Positions 60,457 to 64,000 of a DNA stretch of 64,000 bases are shown here, in pieces. The stretch comes from an uncultured Planctomycetia bacterium (GTDB taxonomy: Bacteria; Omnitrophota; Gorgyraeia; Duberdicusellales; 4484-171). The stretch covers positions 298,840-362,839 of the forward strand of contig CAZVQU010000002.1 of the NCBI GenBank assembly GCA_964629655.1, read 5' to 3'. The position numbers were made by a program, and so were the translations under genes. Under the pieces are notes generated by a model. That model had not been told where the DNA came from and did not search any database. It saw nothing but the letters and a program-made list of their open reading frames with translations. Numbering within the stretch: the first letter of the stretch is position 1; every line of letters starts with the position of its first letter.

Positions 60457-61794
60457 TTATATTAAATTAAGGTACCTTTGTCCCTCTCCCATAGGATTAA
60501 GCGATTGTTTTATCTTTATCTCTTTCTCGACTCCCAAATCTATGAGCTCTTTTGGACCACCGTCAACTATCTCTACTACTGGCGAGAATATATCCTCATC
60601 ATTCTCCTGTCTAACTATCCCTATCCTTCCATCTTGAAGACGGACAATAGTTCTTCGTGGCCAAACTCCCATGGCCTTAAAAAAAGTATCTAGCAGCTTG
60701 GGGTCAAATCTCTTACCCTTATCATTATTCATTACCTCATAGATTCTCTCCGAAGGATAATCCCTCTTGTAAGATCTTCTCTGAGTAAGAGCATCATAAA
60801 CATCACATATCGTGATAATCGAGGAAGCGATATGAAGCTTACGAGGAAAAGATACCTTAGGGTACCCCTTTAAATCATATTGCAAATGATGTTCAAAAGC
60901 AACCACCACAGGTAATATTGTTAAACTATCTATGTGCTTTAGGAGAATCTCTGCACCGAGAACGGTGTGGCTCTTTATCATATCAAACTCTTCCTCGTTG
61001 AGTTTACCGGTCTTTTGAATAATTTTTTTGGCAATGTAAAGCTTACCGATATCATGGAATAAGCCGGCCACACCAATGTCTAAACAATCCTCACGTGAAA
61101 AGCCTAACTTATGTGAAAAATAAATCGATAGAATACTCACATTCAAGAGGTGTATGAAGGTTGCCATATCATAATTTTTTGCCTGTTCAAGCTTAGAAAA
61201 AAATTGGTACCCAGCTCTTAAGTTCTCCATAATATCATTAGCAATGAATTTTAAATTCAAACTATCAACCGTATCATTATTCATTAACGCATCCAGAAGT
61301 ATAGACAGCCTTCTTAATAACTCCTGATAACGTATAAGTTCGCTTTCCTCTGTATCTATCTGAGGCGAAAAATCTTCAGAGGAAGCCTTAATCTTGCCTA
61401 CCTCAATATTCCTTATCCCGGCAGCAAGAACATATTCTTGAGGTGCATGCTTCAACTCTTCAGCAGGAGTGATAAGAAAAGAAATAAATTTAATTAATTC
61501 CTCTTTAGATATCCCTCTACGAAAAACAATTCTCTCGATATCTATCTTCTTGAGATGGGCAATCGACTGAATCACCTTCTTGCTTAATTCGAAGAATATA
61601 TTCTCTCCACTAGCTAATTCCTCTTCCAATATACCGATTACTAGCTCATCCCCACCACCCAGTGCCGATAGAAGACTAATATGGGTTTTCTCGATAGATT
61701 CTACGAATAGCCTATGTTTAAGGTCATATATCTTAGCTGTCTGCCAAGATGACATGAAATTCTTTAAAAAGAGTTTAATTTCCTCAAATCCCAT
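60457..61794 (-). CDS. HD-GYP-domain protein with degenerate GYP motif and an N-terminal domain shared with the next gene
   Basis: 445 aa. HD motif GLFHDIGK. Later HHLQYDLKGYP, where canonical HD-GYP has HHExxDGxGYP. N-terminal ~120 aa are homologous to the N-terminus of 61784..63712. Confidence 0.65.
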   Translation of the reverse strand: MGFEEIKLFLKNFMSSWQTAKIYDLKHRLFVESIEKTHISLLSALGGGDELVIGILEEELASGENIFFELSKKVIQSIAHLKKIDIERIVFRRGISKEELIKFISFLITPAEELKHAPQEYVLAAGIRNIEVGKIKASSEDFSPQIDTEESELIRYQELLRRLSILLDALMNNDTVDSLNLKFIANDIMENLRAGYQFFSKLEQAKNYDMATFIHLLNVSILSIYFSHKLGFSREDCLDIGVAGLFHDIGKLYIAKKIIQKTGKLNEEEFDMIKSHTVLGAEILLKHIDSLTILPVVVAFEHHLQYDLKGYPKVSFPRKLHIASSIITICDVYDALTQRRSYKRDYPSERIYEVMNNDKGKRFDPKLLDTFFKAMGVWPRRTIVRLQDGRIGIVRQENDEDIFSPVVEIVDGGPKELIDLGVEKEIKIKQSLNPMGEGQRYLNLI

Positions 61795-63712
61795 TTTTCT
61801 TTAAAATTTCATCAGCCTTTATCCGTATCTTTCGATTCCAAAAAAATCTGCGTTTACTCAAAGCAGTTAGACGATCTCTGGCTTCGGGGAAAGGAACTTC
61901 ATCTATAAGTCTTAAGTTCTCTTGAATAATCCTACCCCTTAATCCAAAAGGATTAGAAATATTCAAAAGTACTTGGGCAATCTTAGAACGCAAAGAAGGG
62001 CTCTTAACTAAAAGAGAAAGAACTTGTTTACGCTGCAGGAAACCTCCTTTGTCGATAATCGATAATAAGAATTCTTCATCATCTAAATTCAATTCCGCCA
62101 TTTTCTCTAAAACCTTTATTCTTACGAAGTCGTTAGCTGAAGAAAAAATATGCTTGAGGATCTCTGTGCTTAAAGACGGCTTAACAAAAGCTAAGCTCTT
62201 CATAATTTCTTCAACAAACCGAAAATCAGAGGTTTTTTTGTCCAACTCGGCACAGAAAAGAAACAGTTGATCTGCGAATAGGTCAAAAAAAATCTTTAAA
62301 ATGGCTGGGCTAACCTTTTCTTCTTTGAATATCTTATCTAGATAGAAGCTTACTTCCATAGTGCCAGGAACTATCTTGTCTATCAAAAATCCTAAATCCA
62401 AGGCGTAGTCTTCATCGAAAATAGCCTTTTTGACAAAAGCAAGTATTTCTTTATTGGCTCCGAAAAAAGTATATTCAGAATCAGTGATTTCTAACCTTTT
62501 GGCTAAAGCACTTTTAAAACTCTCTACGTACTTTAGATCCCTGGATTTCAAAGCCTTATCGAGTTCGCCCAAAAGAACGGCTGTAACTAACTCTAACCGT
62601 TGTGGACTCAATTCCAAAACAAAGAGATTGAGTAGGATAAACCGATAGTTTTCGGCAACTTGGCCACGATTAAAGTGTAGACCGTCTCCCAAGGTAATAT
62701 TCTCGATAATCGCGTTTAAATTATCATAATAAATCGTTGTTCCATGACTTGAGAAGTCCGGTGAGGAAATCAACTCCTTAATTCCAGAAATTACCTTCGG
62801 ATCATTCTTAAATTGATCCTCTTTCTTCAATTTTTCAGTTAGGAACATGGTAACACCTTCACGCTTATCTCTGTCCATGAGCTTAGAAAATAAACTTAGA
62901 CTTAAAGAATCGACCTTTCCTCCACCTTGAAGCTGCTCTAGCAAAACATTAGAAATATCCTTAGCAGCCATATCCTTCAACAAATTTTGAAGTTTATGAG
63001 CCTGGACATCATCCAGCCGCTCCCCACTTTTTAAAACTGACTTTGTTAATTCTTTAGAACACTGGGAGAACATATCGGTATCTTTATCTTTAAGATAGGC
63101 AAGAAGTTCACCAATGCTCTCTTTCACTCCTTCATTCCCCACCAAATCTTCCATCCGGAGTTTTTTCAGCACCTTTTTGAAATCATTGGCTAGGACGCCT
63201 ATTCTGTTGGAATCGCCTTGTTTAAGGCTCTTTCTTAATAGCAATAACCAAATATCACTATATTCTTCACCTTCGTCTTTTAAGAGCTGAGAATAGTCTA
63301 AGTCTTCAACTATAATATATTCAAGGCCTGCTTCTTTTAAAATGCTACTTAAACCGCCTTTAGATAAAATATCCTTAGGCGATAAATTCGCACTAACCAG
63401 AAAAGAGATCAACTCTTCATTGCTTACGCCTTCATTAAAAGCTACTGTTTTCACCTTACGCTGGTGCAAAAATTTAGCTATCTCCTCATGCAATCTTGCC
63501 TCTTTTAAGCAATCCTCACCAAATGATAACGAATCGGGAAGAATACCTATTGTCAAAGGGTTTATTGAAAGCAAGAGTGCATTAATATTTTCTCTTAGGC
63601 TATCTATCGATTTTACAAAAAGCGGGTGTTCTCTAAAGTAAACAGAGGTATTATTCAGAGCTATACGAAAACTCTTTAAGAAATCATCATAAACTTCATT
63701 TTTTTCAGCCAT
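61784..63712 (-). CDS. hypothetical protein: HD-GYP-associated N-terminal domain paralog + long alpha-helical C-terminal region (no HD motif)
   Basis: 642 aa. N-terminus FLKSFRIAL...HPLFVKSID...LTIGILPDSLSFGED...GVSNEELISFL aligns with the 445-aa neighbour (FLKNFMSSW...HRLFVESIE...LVIGILEEELASGEN...GISKEELIKFI). The remainder is helical with no recognised family. Confidence 0.45.
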   Translation of the reverse strand: MAEKNEVYDDFLKSFRIALNNTSVYFREHPLFVKSIDSLRENINALLLSINPLTIGILPDSLSFGEDCLKEARLHEEIAKFLHQRKVKTVAFNEGVSNEELISFLVSANLSPKDILSKGGLSSILKEAGLEYIIVEDLDYSQLLKDEGEEYSDIWLLLLRKSLKQGDSNRIGVLANDFKKVLKKLRMEDLVGNEGVKESIGELLAYLKDKDTDMFSQCSKELTKSVLKSGERLDDVQAHKLQNLLKDMAAKDISNVLLEQLQGGGKVDSLSLSLFSKLMDRDKREGVTMFLTEKLKKEDQFKNDPKVISGIKELISSPDFSSHGTTIYYDNLNAIIENITLGDGLHFNRGQVAENYRFILLNLFVLELSPQRLELVTAVLLGELDKALKSRDLKYVESFKSALAKRLEITDSEYTFFGANKEILAFVKKAIFDEDYALDLGFLIDKIVPGTMEVSFYLDKIFKEEKVSPAILKIFFDLFADQLFLFCAELDKKTSDFRFVEEIMKSLAFVKPSLSTEILKHIFSSANDFVRIKVLEKMAELNLDDEEFLLSIIDKGGFLQRKQVLSLLVKSPSLRSKIAQVLLNISNPFGLRGRIIQENLRLIDEVPFPEARDRLTALSKRRFFWNRKIRIKADEILKKNGI

Positions 63713-63732
63713 GGAATCTACCTGTTTTCCTC

Positions 63733-63990
63733 TTAAAAATACTCGCGATATATATCAGAAATACGCCGAAGCATTGATTCATTCTTCTTGTGATCTTTTT
63801 CTAGGAAACGTAACACCCCATAACGCAAGCACCCATAAGAAGAAGATACTGTTAATCTTTGGAGTGGAGCTTTTAAGGGATAAGGAACATAATCTTGCAA
63901 CGAGCCATAAAAACCTTCCTTGGCATTTAACCGACCAATGAATGAAATAGTAAAGTCATCTTTAGAAATATCCTCTCTTATTTCTTGCAA
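63733..63990 (-). CDS. hypothetical protein, C-terminal fragment (gene probably extends beyond window end)
   Basis: The ORF runs to within 10 nt of the window end, so the listed Met is probably not the true start. No family recognised. Confidence 0.3.
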   Translation of the reverse strand: MQEIREDISKDDFTISFIGRLNAKEGFYGSLQDYVPYPLKAPLQRLTVSSSYGCLRYGVLRFLEKDHKKNESMLRRISDIYREYF

Positions 63991-64000
63991 GATATAACAG

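Overview
This is a low-GC (~38-40%) bacterial chromosomal window with nearly every gene on the minus strand. Annotations come from reading the translated ORFs against remembered family motifs; no database search was possible.

The backbone is housekeeping and envelope genes of a diderm, LPS-producing organism. It carries a partial membrane H+-pyrophosphatase, purA, an HMGL-like synthase, serA plus a class-V aminotransferase, and tig-clpP. A large Kdo/LPS/OM block follows: lptB, lptA/C-like, kdsC, kdsD, kdsA, kdsB, rfaE-kinase, then lpxI, lpxA, lpxC-fabZ fusion, lpxD, skp and bamA. Next comes a Firmicute-like conserved block: dnaB, rplI, rpsR, ssb, rpsF, pth, rplY/ctc, prs, glmU, tRNA-Gln and spoVG. 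After that: ispE, a split transketolase, a TPR protein, hisG, a PurF-like amidotransferase, a UPF0371/DUF1846 protein and carB. A nitrogen-assimilation cluster follows (HTH-fused glnA, gdhA, NfnAB/GltD-like). The window ends with a lipid/glycolipid cluster (GT2, LpxL-like acyltransferase, MGDG-synthase-like GT28) and two HD-GYP-related paralogs.

The LPS supercluster is interrupted at ~15.0-26.5 kb by accessory-looking material:
- A DUF134-regulator / NifX-like / DsrE-like / methyltransferase operon, with a promoter overlapped by a perfect 20-bp palindrome.
- A three-copy repeat family. Each unit has a 21-23 codon ORF encoding a conserved peptide (motif K-L-C-P-x-N-x-K-T...H) plus a 46-nt near-identical block. 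Nearby 5' leaders are duplicated and small membrane/lipoprotein paralogs sit alongside.
- A tightly overlapping operon of three radical-SAM enzymes (one B12-binding, one short SPL/COG1533-like, one long SplB-like) with a family-2 glycosyltransferase, divergent from hemW.

Other features worth a look:
- SpoVG with an inserted zinc ribbon.
- Trigger factor lacking its PPIase domain.
- A PurF-like enzyme with Ser in place of the catalytic Cys1, next to carB with no adjacent carA.
- A promoter-plus-terminator leader in front of carB.
- A triple TGTAA/TTACA operator in front of the HTH-glnA fusion.

No CRISPR array, rRNA or obvious mobile element was seen.
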